Shown here piece by piece: positions 29,134-38,011 of a stretch of 64,000 nt of DNA. Origin of the DNA: an uncultured bacterium (GTDB lineage: Bacteria > Bacillota_I > Bacilli_A > RFN20 > CAG-826); contig CASEVI010000003.1 in the NCBI GenBank assembly GCA_949291375.1, positions 14,224-78,223 on the forward strand. Direction: 5' to 3'. The number at the start of each line of letters is the position of its first letter. Position 1 is the first letter of the stretch. The notes under the pieces were generated by a model. It was not told the DNA's origin and searched no databases. It saw only the letters and a list, made by a program, of their open reading frames with translations. The position numbers were made by a program, and so were the translations under genes.

Positions 29134-30165
29134 ATGGGAAAAATTAAAATTAACATTTACAACACAAACGCAATTGTTTTAAACGAATTAATGAAACAAA
29201 ACGCAGTCGAAACAACCGAACAATTCGATGAAGTTGAAGTTGATGAAGATACTTATAACGAAATAATGCAAGAACAAGAAGGCGAAAATAAACAAGAGCA
29301 AAAAGTTGAATCAAAAACTTCAAAAAAGAAAAAGCAAGAAAGTGAAGAAGAGCAACAAGAAGAAAAACCAAAACAAAAAATGGACACTTCTACTTCTCTT
29401 TACATCAAACCTAAATGTTACGACCACGTTAAGAATTTACTTAATGCTGGATTAATACCATTACTAGTAGGTCAAGCAGGTGTAGGCAAAACAGAAATGG
29501 CTATTAATTTAGCGAAAGATTTAGGGCTTAACTTTTATAGTGAAGCACAAATTACCGACCCATATACAATTAAGGGCTATATGGACGCAAACGGCAAATA
29601 TGTTGAAAGCAATTTCTTTAAGGCTTATACCGAAGGTGGTTTATTCTTACTTGATGAAATAGACGCATCTGATCCAAACGCTTTAGTTGCAATGAACCAA
29701 GCAATGGCTAATAGTTGTTATTCATTCCCACACGGTGTTTTTAAGAAGCATAAAGATTTCCATTGTATTGCAACAGCAAATACTTTTGGCGATGGTGCTT
29801 CAATGGAATATGTTGGAAGGAACCAACTCGACACAGCAACCTTGAATCGTATGTGGACAACTATTGTTGAACCAGATAGCAAAGTCGAGAAAAAACTTTC
29901 AAAAGATACTGATTTAATTGCTTTCTTGCAAGACATTAGAAAAGTATGCAACCAATTAGAAAATCACGTAATTATTTCTTATCGTTCATTTATTGCATTA
30001 AACAAAATGAATGAGATTGAACCAGACAACTTAGTTGTCAATATAAAAGAATGTTTGTTCCCAAATTTAAGCAAACAAGACATCGCTCAAATATTTAATA
30101 ATTGTTGCTTTAGCGATAATAAATATTATCAAGCATTAAAAAAATTAGGGGGTTATGCAAAATGA
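29134..30165 (+). CDS. AAA+ ATPase, MoxR / AAA_5-like, with an acidic low-complexity N-terminus
   Basis: Walker A LLVGQAGVGKTEMA; Walker B LFLLDEIDAS; sensor CIATANTFG. Confidence 0.75.
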   Translation: MGKIKINIYNTNAIVLNELMKQNAVETTEQFDEVEVDEDTYNEIMQEQEGENKQEQKVESKTSKKKKQESEEEQQEEKPKQKMDTSTSLYIKPKCYDHVKNLLNAGLIPLLVGQAGVGKTEMAINLAKDLGLNFYSEAQITDPYTIKGYMDANGKYVESNFFKAYTEGGLFLLDEIDASDPNALVAMNQAMANSCYSFPHGVFKKHKDFHCIATANTFGDGASMEYVGRNQLDTATLNRMWTTIVEPDSKVEKKLSKDTDLIAFLQDIRKVCNQLENHVIISYRSFIALNKMNEIEPDNLVVNIKECLFPNLSKQDIAQIFNNCCFSDNKYYQALKKLGGYAK

Positions 30166-30980
30166 GACAATTCAACGATATAAATAACAAATGCTCTTTA
30201 AGAATTTACGATAATATCGGCGATTTTATAGAAAACATTAATAAAAGCGAAACAAAAAATATATATTTTGACATGTATTGCACTATTCAAAATATTAGCA
30301 CTCAAGATATGATTAATAACTCATATCTTGGGGATAAAAACCTTGCTTCAAAAATTAATAAACAAGTTGATATTGCTTCAAAAGAATTATCTACTGGAAT
30401 TGTCAATAGAAACAAATTACAAAACAGTTTTTATGGGTCAAAAGTGAACGTTCCTAAATATACAATGGGTCTTCCAGATAGTATGTATCGCTTTAAAAAA
30501 CAAGAAATAAATCAAAAAATATTAAACGTGTTAATTGATATTGGCTATCCTTGGAAAGTCAGCAATGAAGATGCAGAAAGAAAAATGATAGAAATATTTT
30601 CTTACATTACTTCACTTGAACAAAAAGGTTATCGAATACAATTAAATGTATCACACTTGGTTTACACAAATAATCAAGTTATGTTTGATAAAATCGGTAT
30701 AATAATACCTCTCAAAAAACCAAGCGAAAGATTAAACCTTATGCGTTTTATAACTATCTGTTGTAATCCAAAATTCTTTAGAACATTAATGTTTGCAGAA
30801 CTTAGAGAATACTGGCAAAACAAAGTTGCGAATTTAGGTTATGCAATGTGGTTGAATGAAAACTATTACTCAAAGTTTTTAAATGAGCTAGTAGCACCAA
30901 AACTTTACTCAAAGGAAGACAACCTTATAGCTCTTAATTATCATTCTGATTTAAAACAAGCATTTAGTAAATACTTATAG
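30162..30980 (+). CDS. partner protein of the AAA+ ATPase (272 aa, unknown fold, no obvious MIDAS)
   Basis: ATGA start/stop overlap with the upstream gene (translational coupling). Confidence 0.6.
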   Translation: MRQFNDINNKCSLRIYDNIGDFIENINKSETKNIYFDMYCTIQNISTQDMINNSYLGDKNLASKINKQVDIASKELSTGIVNRNKLQNSFYGSKVNVPKYTMGLPDSMYRFKKQEINQKILNVLIDIGYPWKVSNEDAERKMIEIFSYITSLEQKGYRIQLNVSHLVYTNNQVMFDKIGIIIPLKKPSERLNLMRFITICCNPKFFRTLMFAELREYWQNKVANLGYAMWLNENYYSKFLNELVAPKLYSKEDNLIALNYHSDLKQAFSKYL

Positions 30981-30991
30981 GAGGCTTTTAA

Positions 30992-31240
30992 ATGAACAAC
31001 ACAAGAGAAAAGATTTTAATAATGAGAAATTATTTAAAAGGCTGGAGCGATAAATACTCTAGCCTTTTCATTAAGCGTAGAAAGAATATTATTTATTACA
31101 AAAATCCAAACGGCTTAATGAAATTAACAATTGCTGAATTTAACGAATTATTTAACGATTTAGCAAAAGAAATTTATCAAGAAGACTTATCAACCAAGTA
31201 TTTAAAAATATTTGAAAAAATAGGCTATAAAGCAAAATAA
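30992..31240 (+). CDS. small early protein (82 aa)
   Basis: GGAGG RBS. Confidence 0.55.
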   Translation: MNNTREKILIMRNYLKGWSDKYSSLFIKRRKNIIYYKNPNGLMKLTIAEFNELFNDLAKEIYQEDLSTKYLKIFEKIGYKAK

Positions 31241-31253
31241 AAAGGGAGAATTT

Positions 31254-31466
31254 ATGAAACAATTAACAATTAACGACTTATTTAAACTTTGCAGACAAGA
31301 AATTGCAAAAGGAAACGGAGATAGAAGAATTTATACTGCCGATGATGATGAAGGGAATGGCTATCATGGAATTTATTATGCGTTCACTGAATTTAGTCAA
31401 GAAGATTGCGAAAATTCTTATGGTCTTGAAGACGAAAATGCTAAAGAAATAATTATTTTAGATTAA
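31254..31466 (+). CDS. small acidic protein (70 aa)
   Basis: GGGAGA RBS; D/E-rich. Confidence 0.55.
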   Translation: MKQLTINDLFKLCRQEIAKGNGDRRIYTADDDEGNGYHGIYYAFTEFSQEDCENSYGLEDENAKEIIILD

Positions 31467-31481
31467 AAAGAGAGTTGATTT

Positions 31482-31727
31482 ATGAAATTTTTTGAAACAG
31501 ATTTACATTATAAGGAAATTGAAGAACTAGAAAAACAAGGCTACAAAGTTTATCAAAGAAGAGATAATTGGGGTTATGAAAATGACACAATAGAAAAATG
31601 GGTTTTAGTTAATCATTTTAGTGAAATTGTTACAAAAGAAAATATTGATTTTGGAAAAGATAGATATATTAACTATGCTCAATTTGTAAGAAATAACGAA
31701 GAAGTTTTTAGTTTAAACGACTTATAG
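31482..31727 (+). CDS. small protein (81 aa)
   Basis: AGAGAG RBS. Confidence 0.55.
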   Translation: MKFFETDLHYKEIEELEKQGYKVYQRRDNWGYENDTIEKWVLVNHFSEIVTKENIDFGKDRYINYAQFVRNNEEVFSLNDL

Positions 31728-31737
31728 TGGGGAAGAT

Positions 31738-31998
31738 ATGACAAAAAGAGATTTTAATAAAGAATTATGTGATGAACTTGTTGGAAGAGGAATTTTAACT
31801 ACTCGAGAAGAATTACTTGATTATGTTAAATATTGCATTGATGAAGATTTTTTACCTACTGCCAGTCACATTTTGGAAGAATTAAGTCTTTCAAGTGCAG
31901 ATTATTTTTTAACTGATTATTCAACTGGTTGTTGCTCAATCAATGATATACGCACAAAGGATGATATTCTTTCTTTTTGCGACATTGAATTATTTTAG
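31738..31998 (+). CDS. small acidic protein (86 aa)
   Basis: GGGGAAG RBS; D/E-rich. Confidence 0.55.
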   Translation: MTKRDFNKELCDELVGRGILTTREELLDYVKYCIDEDFLPTASHILEELSLSSADYFLTDYSTGCCSINDIRTKDDILSFCDIELF

Positions 31999-32011
31999 AA
32001 AGGAGATATAA

Positions 32012-32236
32012 ATGAAAGAACAATTATATAAATGTGTAGCTGATTTTGAAGATGGCAATTGGTGTGTTGGCACTACCCAAACAATTGAAGAGTGGCGAAC
32101 AAATGCTCTTATGTGGGCAGATAGTGATGGTTTTGATGGCGTGATTAAAACTCTAAAAAAACTAAACGGAAAAGAATTAATCGATTTTATTCAAGATTTT
32201 TGGCAAATTAGAATTGTCGAAGTTAAAGGAGAATAA
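32012..32236 (+). CDS. small acidic protein (74 aa)
   Basis: AAGGAGA RBS. Confidence 0.55.
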   Translation: MKEQLYKCVADFEDGNWCVGTTQTIEEWRTNALMWADSDGFDGVIKTLKKLNGKELIDFIQDFWQIRIVEVKGE

Positions 32237-32239
32237 GCT

Positions 32240-32530
32240 ATGGAAATTAAATTAATAAAAAAATACGATTTAGCAACTTATATAAGTAATATTGATTATT
32301 TTTACGATCGATATTGTGGAGAAAATAATCTTCCTTGTTATCAGTTATATTTAAACTTATTCAAAATAATATCAAAAAATTTGTTTAGAGAATTTATCGA
32401 ATATGTTGAAGATTTATTAAATAATAACTACCAACAAAAAAGTTTCGATGAAGATGATTTTATCGATTTTCTTATAAATGCATCTGATGATCTTATTGAT
32501 TTAAAAAAAAGCACCAACATTTTAAGTTAG
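32240..32530 (+). CDS. small acidic protein (96 aa)
   Basis: AAGGAGA RBS; D/E-rich C-terminus. Confidence 0.55.
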   Translation: MEIKLIKKYDLATYISNIDYFYDRYCGENNLPCYQLYLNLFKIISKNLFREFIEYVEDLLNNNYQQKSFDEDDFIDFLINASDDLIDLKKSTNILS

Positions 32531-32596
32531 TGCTTTTCTTGTTAGTGCTTATTTTAAGCATAATCATTATAGCACAATGGTTTATTCCGTTGTGCT
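32513..32596 (+). terminator. two consecutive plus-strand terminators ending the rightward early block
   Basis: AAGCAC-15nt-GTGCTTTTCTT, and ATAGCACAA-12nt-TTGTGCTAT followed by T8. Confidence 0.65.
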
Positions 32597-32779
32597 ATTT
32601 TTTTTGTCTAAAATTTCTATTAATTGACTAAACTCACTAATCAACGAACCTTGAAAATATTTTATTTGATTTTTGCTAACTGCCATATTTTCATTACTCG
32701 TATTCATAAATTCTAGTAAGTATAATAAATCGGTTTTAATTGCGTTTTTTAAACTTTCTAATCTTTCATCATCACTCAT
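32582..32779 (-). CDS. small acidic protein (65 aa)
   Basis: Last ORF of the leftward early operon. Confidence 0.45.
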   Translation of the reverse strand: MSDDERLESLKNAIKTDLLYLLEFMNTSNENMAVSKNQIKYFQGSLISEFSQLIEILDKKNSTTE

Positions 32780-33501
32780 AACAAAACACCTTTTTCTTTA
32801 AGATAATTTTTAATTTCTTCCAAGCGTTCTCTTTCTCGCTTATTTAACTTATTTTTAGCAATTAATACACTATATCGAACTTTTAATCGGTCTATCTTTT
32901 TTTGTTCAATATCACGCAAATGAGTAGCCTTTTTGAACTCGTTAATTTTTTCTCGTTGTTTCTTAATTAACTTTTGAGATTTTTTAACCTCTCCAAACTT
33001 CCACTCTTTCCATTCGCCATTGCTTGGAAGAACAACACGAAGATAGATATTTTTTTCTTTAAAGACTTTATCAAAAATCTTTTTTAAAGTAAGAAAATAT
33101 TCATCAATAAAATATGCACTGCCTTTTGTATCTTCAACTACTTTTATTCCGTTATCAAGATAACAAAAATCGCTTTCGTAATTAATCGCTGGTATTAAAT
33201 CGCCATTGCAATTAGTAAATTCATTTTGAACTCTTAAAACAAAGTGATATGTAAGATTACTTATCTTTCCTTCTTCTTGTAGTTTAGAAAGATACACGAA
33301 CCTATCTCTTTCTACTCGACTATCAAACTTAATTATGTCGTTTGGATTTAAGCTATTTTCAAGAGCGTAGTTTGTTGCTTTTGTTAAACCATCACGAGCA
33401 TTTTTGCTATTTTCAAAAGACACGCCATTTATATAAAATACTTGCTTTCCTTTTGCATAAACTAGATTTTGTTTATTCATATTCTTCTCCAAATGTTGCA
33501 C
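32776..33501 (-). CDS. PD-(D/E)xK nuclease-like protein (possible Holliday-junction resolvase, DUF1064-like)
   Basis: YESDFCYL...VVEDTKG motif; basic coiled-coil C-terminus. Confidence 0.45.
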   Translation of the reverse strand: MQHLEKNMNKQNLVYAKGKQVFYINGVSFENSKNARDGLTKATNYALENSLNPNDIIKFDSRVERDRFVYLSKLQEEGKISNLTYHFVLRVQNEFTNCNGDLIPAINYESDFCYLDNGIKVVEDTKGSAYFIDEYFLTLKKIFDKVFKEKNIYLRVVLPSNGEWKEWKFGEVKKSQKLIKKQREKINEFKKATHLRDIEQKKIDRLKVRYSVLIAKNKLNKRERERLEEIKNYLKEKGVLL

Positions 33502-33872
33502 ATCTCATCAACTGTGTAAGTGTTATTAAGTAATAAACGACAACCATTTTGCATATATCTTGAACAATGTTTGCAGTTAGGTATGGAACGAATTTTTAAG
33601 CAATCTTGAACGATATACGGAATTGATTTTCTGTTATTCAAACGACAATAATATTCATCGTATTTTTGAAAGAATGAAGTTATTTCTTTTTTAGTTTCAA
33701 CACTTGTATCGCCATCATTTTCGATTTTTGTTTTAATAATTTTTTTATTGTCTTTTAACTCTTCAAACAAAGCATTTCCACGAACTATATCATTGTGCGA
33801 CCTTGTTTTCTTATGCAATATTTTTTTGACTTCATTAATAGTCATTAACACAATATCTAAATAATTATTCAC
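33477..33872 (-). CDS. Cys-rich hypothetical protein (131 aa, CKHCSRYMQNGC)
   Basis: Possible zinc ribbon. Confidence 0.45.
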   Translation of the reverse strand: MNNYLDIVLMTINEVKKILHKKTRSHNDIVRGNALFEELKDNKKIIKTKIENDGDTSVETKKEITSFFQKYDEYYCRLNNRKSIPYIVQDCLKIRSIPNCKHCSRYMQNGCRLLLNNTYTVDEMCNIWRRI

Positions 33873-34257
33873 TTGTTATCTCTCCATCTTGATCAACATG
33901 CTCAACAACATCAACAGGCTCTTGATACACTGTTTGCTCTTTTGCTTCACCATATGCGTCCCAAGATTTTACTCTAATTGCTACTTGATTATTATTCTTT
34001 CCTCGACCTTTCATATTCGTTAAAGTGCCTTGAATAAATAACTTATTTCCACGATTTAAAAATCTTGAAAGAGTATTAATTTGAGTAGAATTTTCGCTAT
34101 CGGTATCAAAGAAGAAACACAAAAAATAATTTTTACTTTTCTTACCATTAGGAACTGCAAGAGTGAACATAAGATACTTCATACCACTTGCAGAAATCTT
34201 TATTTCATTACTTTTTAAAGAATAGACTTCCCCACTTAAACAAACTGAATTAACCAT
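33865..34257 (-). CDS. ssb: single-stranded DNA-binding protein (SSB)
   Basis: N-terminal MVNSVCLSGEV...FTLAV OB-fold pattern; acidic C-terminal tail DQDGEITSE. Confidence 0.6.
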   Translation of the reverse strand: MVNSVCLSGEVYSLKSNEIKISASGMKYLMFTLAVPNGKKSKNYFLCFFFDTDSENSTQINTLSRFLNRGNKLFIQGTLTNMKGRGKNNNQVAIRVKSWDAYGEAKEQTVYQEPVDVVEHVDQDGEITSE

Positions 34258-34388
34258 TGCTGTTCCTCACTTTATACAACTTGCTTAAATATTTTTGTCT
34301 ATCTCTTTTGCATTTCCAACTTGTAGTTGTAGCGATTATTTGTTTAGTATAGGCAATTTCTTTGTTTAATTCTTCCGCTGTATATGCT

Positions 34389-34646
34389 TTATTCATACTT
34401 CATACATTCCTCAAAATCTTGCTTTAAATTGTTAAAAGCAATTTGCAAGTTATCAATATCTTCTTGGTTATCTATTGAATCTGGGTAAAGATAGAAAACA
34501 GAATATTTTAAATCGATAAAACCGATAACTAAATATTTAATATTTCCATCTTTTTCAAAAGAAAAAACTTTTTTATAACAATGTTCTTCAGAATTATAAA
34601 TATAACCTTTACTTTCTAAATATTCTTGTTTAGTCATCGTCTTCAC
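34389..34646 (-). CDS. small protein, tandem paralog A (85 aa)
   Basis: Shares a T(K)xE.L...GY.YN...IDLK pattern with the adjacent ORF. Confidence 0.5.
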   Translation of the reverse strand: MKTMTKQEYLESKGYIYNSEEHCYKKVFSFEKDGNIKYLVIGFIDLKYSVFYLYPDSIDNQEDIDNLQIAFNNLKQDFEECMKYE

Positions 34647-34860
34647 ACTCCATTACTTCTTTAAAATCAAAATGCAAATCATCATAAATTTCTTTAGCAT
34701 CATCTAATCTATGTTTTAGATCAATAATTCCCACATTTAATTTGTAATTGTAACAATCTAAATTAATGATTTTGACGAAACCATTTTCTAATTTAAACCA
34801 CTCATATTTTTTATAATTATAGGTATAACCTAATTGCTTTAATTTTTCAGTTTTAGTCAT
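34630..34860 (-). CDS. small protein, tandem paralog B (76 aa)
   Basis: Paralog of 34389..34646. Confidence 0.5.
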   Translation of the reverse strand: MTKTEKLKQLGYTYNYKKYEWFKLENGFVKIINLDCYNYKLNVGIIDLKHRLDDAKEIYDDLHFDFKEVMECEDDD

Positions 34861-35554
34861 TATGTTTTCTCCTTTCTCTCATACAATCTCTTAAAACATC
34901 ATCGCTATAATTTTCTATTCTAAATTGTCTTTTTAATTTAGCAGGAAGTAAGTCCCATAAATTATTAATCTGAACAATGGTATCGTTTAACTCCTTGTTA
35001 GTCCTATTGTATAATTTTTTATTATTTAAAAATTTAGAACTATTATCTAATGTAGGTCGTTTAAAATCTTTTTTAAGACCCCAAGTATCTAAAATACTTC
35101 TCTTATTCATATTAAATCTTGATTCGCTATACTTATACCTAAAACCATCAAGTTTTTTATATTCGCTAAAAGTTATATCTGGATTACTTTTTAATACTTC
35201 TTTCAAGTCATTATGTAGGTCTCTATTCTTTCTATTTTTACCTAAAATACATAAGCGTTTATGATAATACCAACTAGCAGTTTTATACGGATATTTAGCA
35301 ATTTTTAAATAATCACCATACATAAGGTCATTATGCTTTTTTAATATCTCTTTTAGTTCAGTGTCCTGCAATACTGATAGATAATAGCGGTTATTTTCTT
35401 CCGAATCTACCCACTCAATTTTTCTTCTATATTCTTTCCTAACTTTATAAAAATTCCTTTTATCAGCAGGAGAATTAGTGAGTTTTAAATATTCGCTATA
35501 TTTAAGGTTAATATTTTTAGCAAGGAGCTTCCTTATTTCTTCACTCTTGCTCAT
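34853..35554 (-). CDS. basic protein with three internal repeats (233 aa)
   Basis: Repeats LKYSEYLKLTNSP / LMYGDYLKIAKYP / ITFSEYKKLDGFRY. Confidence 0.5.
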   Translation of the reverse strand: MSKSEEIRKLLAKNINLKYSEYLKLTNSPADKRNFYKVRKEYRRKIEWVDSEENNRYYLSVLQDTELKEILKKHNDLMYGDYLKIAKYPYKTASWYYHKRLCILGKNRKNRDLHNDLKEVLKSNPDITFSEYKKLDGFRYKYSESRFNMNKRSILDTWGLKKDFKRPTLDNSSKFLNNKKLYNRTNKELNDTIVQINNLWDLLPAKLKRQFRIENYSDDVLRDCMRERRKHND

Positions 35555-35750
35555 TTCCTAATAACCTCTTAACTCCATCTTGAAGTTGTAATTTAGAATA
35601 TCTTAATAAAACATCGGCATTGTTAATCATCTGCTTTGCCAAATTGCATATAATAATTGCCTTTTTAAAATCAGCAGCGGTAAGTCCTTCACCTTTGCTT
35701 AAATTTTCGATTTGTTTTCCTAATTCTTGTTGAAGATCAAATAATGTCAT
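35541..35750 (-). CDS. small protein (69 aa)
   Basis: ORF. Confidence 0.4.
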   Translation of the reverse strand: MTLFDLQQELGKQIENLSKGEGLTAADFKKAIIICNLAKQMINNADVLLRYSKLQLQDGVKRLLGNEQE

Positions 35751-35835
35751 AATATTTCTCCTTTAATTATTTTCCGTGTTTTAAATATAAAATTATTAAT
35801 TTCTTTTGCCTTTTCTTTCGTGATAATAATCTGTT

Positions 35836-36252
35836 TTAGTCATCTAACTCTAACTCCTTTAAAGTATAATAATGATTTAATTCAAGATTATTAAAAAGTT
35901 CTCTATCATTAAAAGAAAAACGACATTTAACTATATTCTTTTCACTCTCAAAACAAAGATAATATAAACGAGTCAATTCATCATATTCAATTTTAATAAG
36001 CTCTATTCCTCTATTTTTCATAAACTTTAAAACGCCCTTAATAAGTTCTTTTTCATCTTTCCTTAATAATGGTTCCTCATAAATTTCCCAATTATCACAA
36101 GTAAAATCATATCGATTAAAGTTATAATCTTTGCAGGTATCATTGTCGTAAATATGTATACCCTTTAATTCGATATAATGTTTTGGGTTCCAAAAAGTTC
36201 TTCTTATCTTTTTGCCTTCTCTTAATGCTGGTAATACTTCTTCAAATTTCAT
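35836..36252 (-). CDS. hypothetical protein (138 aa)
   Basis: ORF. Confidence 0.45.
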   Translation of the reverse strand: MKFEEVLPALREGKKIRRTFWNPKHYIELKGIHIYDNDTCKDYNFNRYDFTCDNWEIYEEPLLRKDEKELIKGVLKFMKNRGIELIKIEYDELTRLYYLCFESEKNIVKCRFSFNDRELFNNLELNHYYTLKELELDD

Positions 36253-36256
36253 TGTT

Positions 36257-36475
36257 TTACTCCTTTATAGATGGTGTTTCATAAAAATATAATGTTGCAA
36301 TAGTCATTTTACTTTTTAATGTTGCTCTTCCATAACCTTCGTGAAAACCATCATCATCTTCAATATATTCATAAAAATTAACTTTTTTATTAAAATTATG
36401 TTTTTCACTTTCTAAAATTTCATACTCATCACAATGTAAAAATTCTTTAATTTTTTCTAAATCATTCTTTGTCAT
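36257..36475 (-). CDS. small protein (72 aa)
   Basis: ORF. Confidence 0.4.
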   Translation of the reverse strand: MTKNDLEKIKEFLHCDEYEILESEKHNFNKKVNFYEYIEDDDGFHEGYGRATLKSKMTIATLYFYETPSIKE

Positions 36476-36695
36476 TTTGTTCCTTTCGATAATCTTCTTT
36501 GCGAATAATTTTTATTGATGTTGGTATTACACGAGTAAAAATCTTGTCGTCAATTCGTAAGATTACAAATCTACTTCGTGTAGCACATATCTCAACATAG
36601 TTCTCATACTCGAAAGCAAATTCTTCTTTCTTCGGTGCATAGCCAGTTGTCCGTTCATTTGAGAGGCTTAATCGCTGAAATTTTACGTAAGGCAT
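36462..36695 (-). CDS. small protein (77 aa)
   Basis: ORF. Confidence 0.4.
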   Translation of the reverse strand: MPYVKFQRLSLSNERTTGYAPKKEEFAFEYENYVEICATRSRFVILRIDDKIFTRVIPTSIKIIRKEDYRKEQNDKE

Positions 36696-37095
36696 TCAAA
36701 ATACCATCCATGTTTTCGATGTCAATTTGTGATGTTATCTCTCTTTTTAATTTGCTTACAACTTGCTTAACGTGATTGTATTCAACATTAAGTTTTTTAG
36801 CGATTTTATTGTAATCAGTTTCTCCACTAATAATTTCAGCCAAAACATCAGCCTCTGTGTCATTACAATAAACAGCAAAATCTTTTAATTTTCTTAGAAG
36901 CGAATTTAATTCATCTTTGATATTGTCTTCGAGTAATATCAATGCGTTTAAATTTCGCTCTTTGTTTTTAATATCCCTTAAAATAAATTCTTCGGTTAAC
37001 TGCTCTTCCTTAATCATTTTTTCTAACTCTTTAATCACGAAAATATGTTTTTTATATTCAGTAATTATTAAGTTTAAATAATGCTTTTGAGCCAT
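36655..37095 (-). CDS. ArpU/RinA-like phage late-gene transcriptional activator (sigma region-4-like HTH)
   Basis: 146 aa; C-terminal HTH ETDYNKIAKKLNVEYNHVKQVVSKLKREI. Confidence 0.5.
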   Translation of the reverse strand: MAQKHYLNLIITEYKKHIFVIKELEKMIKEEQLTEEFILRDIKNKERNLNALILLEDNIKDELNSLLRKLKDFAVYCNDTEADVLAEIISGETDYNKIAKKLNVEYNHVKQVVSKLKREITSQIDIENMDGILNALRKISAIKPLK

Positions 37096-37096
37096 G

Positions 37097-37519
37097 TTAT
37101 TTCCCTCCTATTGTTTCGAGAGCCAATAACTTTGATAAATATGTGCTTTGTATTACTCTTCCAGTTGTTGAACGAGAAATATAAGTAAAATCTTCAACTA
37201 TCGGTAGTAATCGCAATTGTTCTAACGACCTTTTCTTTGCTTCATAAGGCTTTTTTACAAATGTAATTACTCTACGACTATATAAATTGCCTTCGATAGT
37301 AATTACATCTCCAATATTTAATTTCGTATCAAGTGCCTTTTCTTTTTGCTTACTTCCAAAATAAATTGGCAATTCTTTATTTTGATTTTCTCCGTGCCTA
37401 ATAATAAACGCTAGATACTTTTCTCCTTCAATTTCTACGATGGTTGCTTTAGAGGTAATAGTCCCAGTTATTTTAAAATCAGTCATTATTTGCCTTCTTA
37501 ACGATGAACTCATCGCCAA
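37097..37519 (-). CDS. hypothetical protein (140 aa), possible OB-fold
   Basis: ORF. Confidence 0.4.
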   Translation of the reverse strand: MAMSSSLRRQIMTDFKITGTITSKATIVEIEGEKYLAFIIRHGENQNKELPIYFGSKQKEKALDTKLNIGDVITIEGNLYSRRVITFVKKPYEAKKRSLEQLRLLPIVEDFTYISRSTTGRVIQSTYLSKLLALETIGGK

Positions 37520-37620
37520 ATGGAATTACATAAACTTCAACAGATTTCCAATTAGGACCTAGCGACAATGCTCCATCTTGTTGCGTTTTCCTTTTAAACG
37601 GCTCTAATAATTTTCTTTCC

Positions 37621-38007
37621 TTATCTTCCATCTCTAATAAATACCTCCATAAATCTATCGTTTAGGAAGTCAAATTGACCATCTTTTTTAATCTTTTTGA
37701 CCTTTTGATAATACCTTGAAAGTTTAGGAACAATTCTATTCTTCCATTCATGATCAAGATATTTTTCAGCTTCTTCTTTTGTTGCAATTTTATATTTAAA
37801 ATTATCAATAATTACTATTTGCTCTACTTCATTGTTAATGTGATTAATAATTGTCCATAAATTACTACATTTGTCGTGCGAAGTAGTTTTGCATAATTTT
37901 AATTCGCTAAAATTATTCATTAATTCTTCTTGAGATACCCACGTAGAATTATCTTCTACATAGGCTCCCATTAGATAATCATAAATTCCCTTTTCGAGTG
38001 CTGTCAT
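37621..38007 (-). CDS. hypothetical protein (128 aa)
   Basis: ORF. Confidence 0.45.
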   Translation of the reverse strand: MTALEKGIYDYLMGAYVEDNSTWVSQEELMNNFSELKLCKTTSHDKCSNLWTIINHINNEVEQIVIIDNFKYKIATKEEAEKYLDHEWKNRIVPKLSRYYQKVKKIKKDGQFDFLNDRFMEVFIRDGR

Positions 38008-38011
38008 ATAT

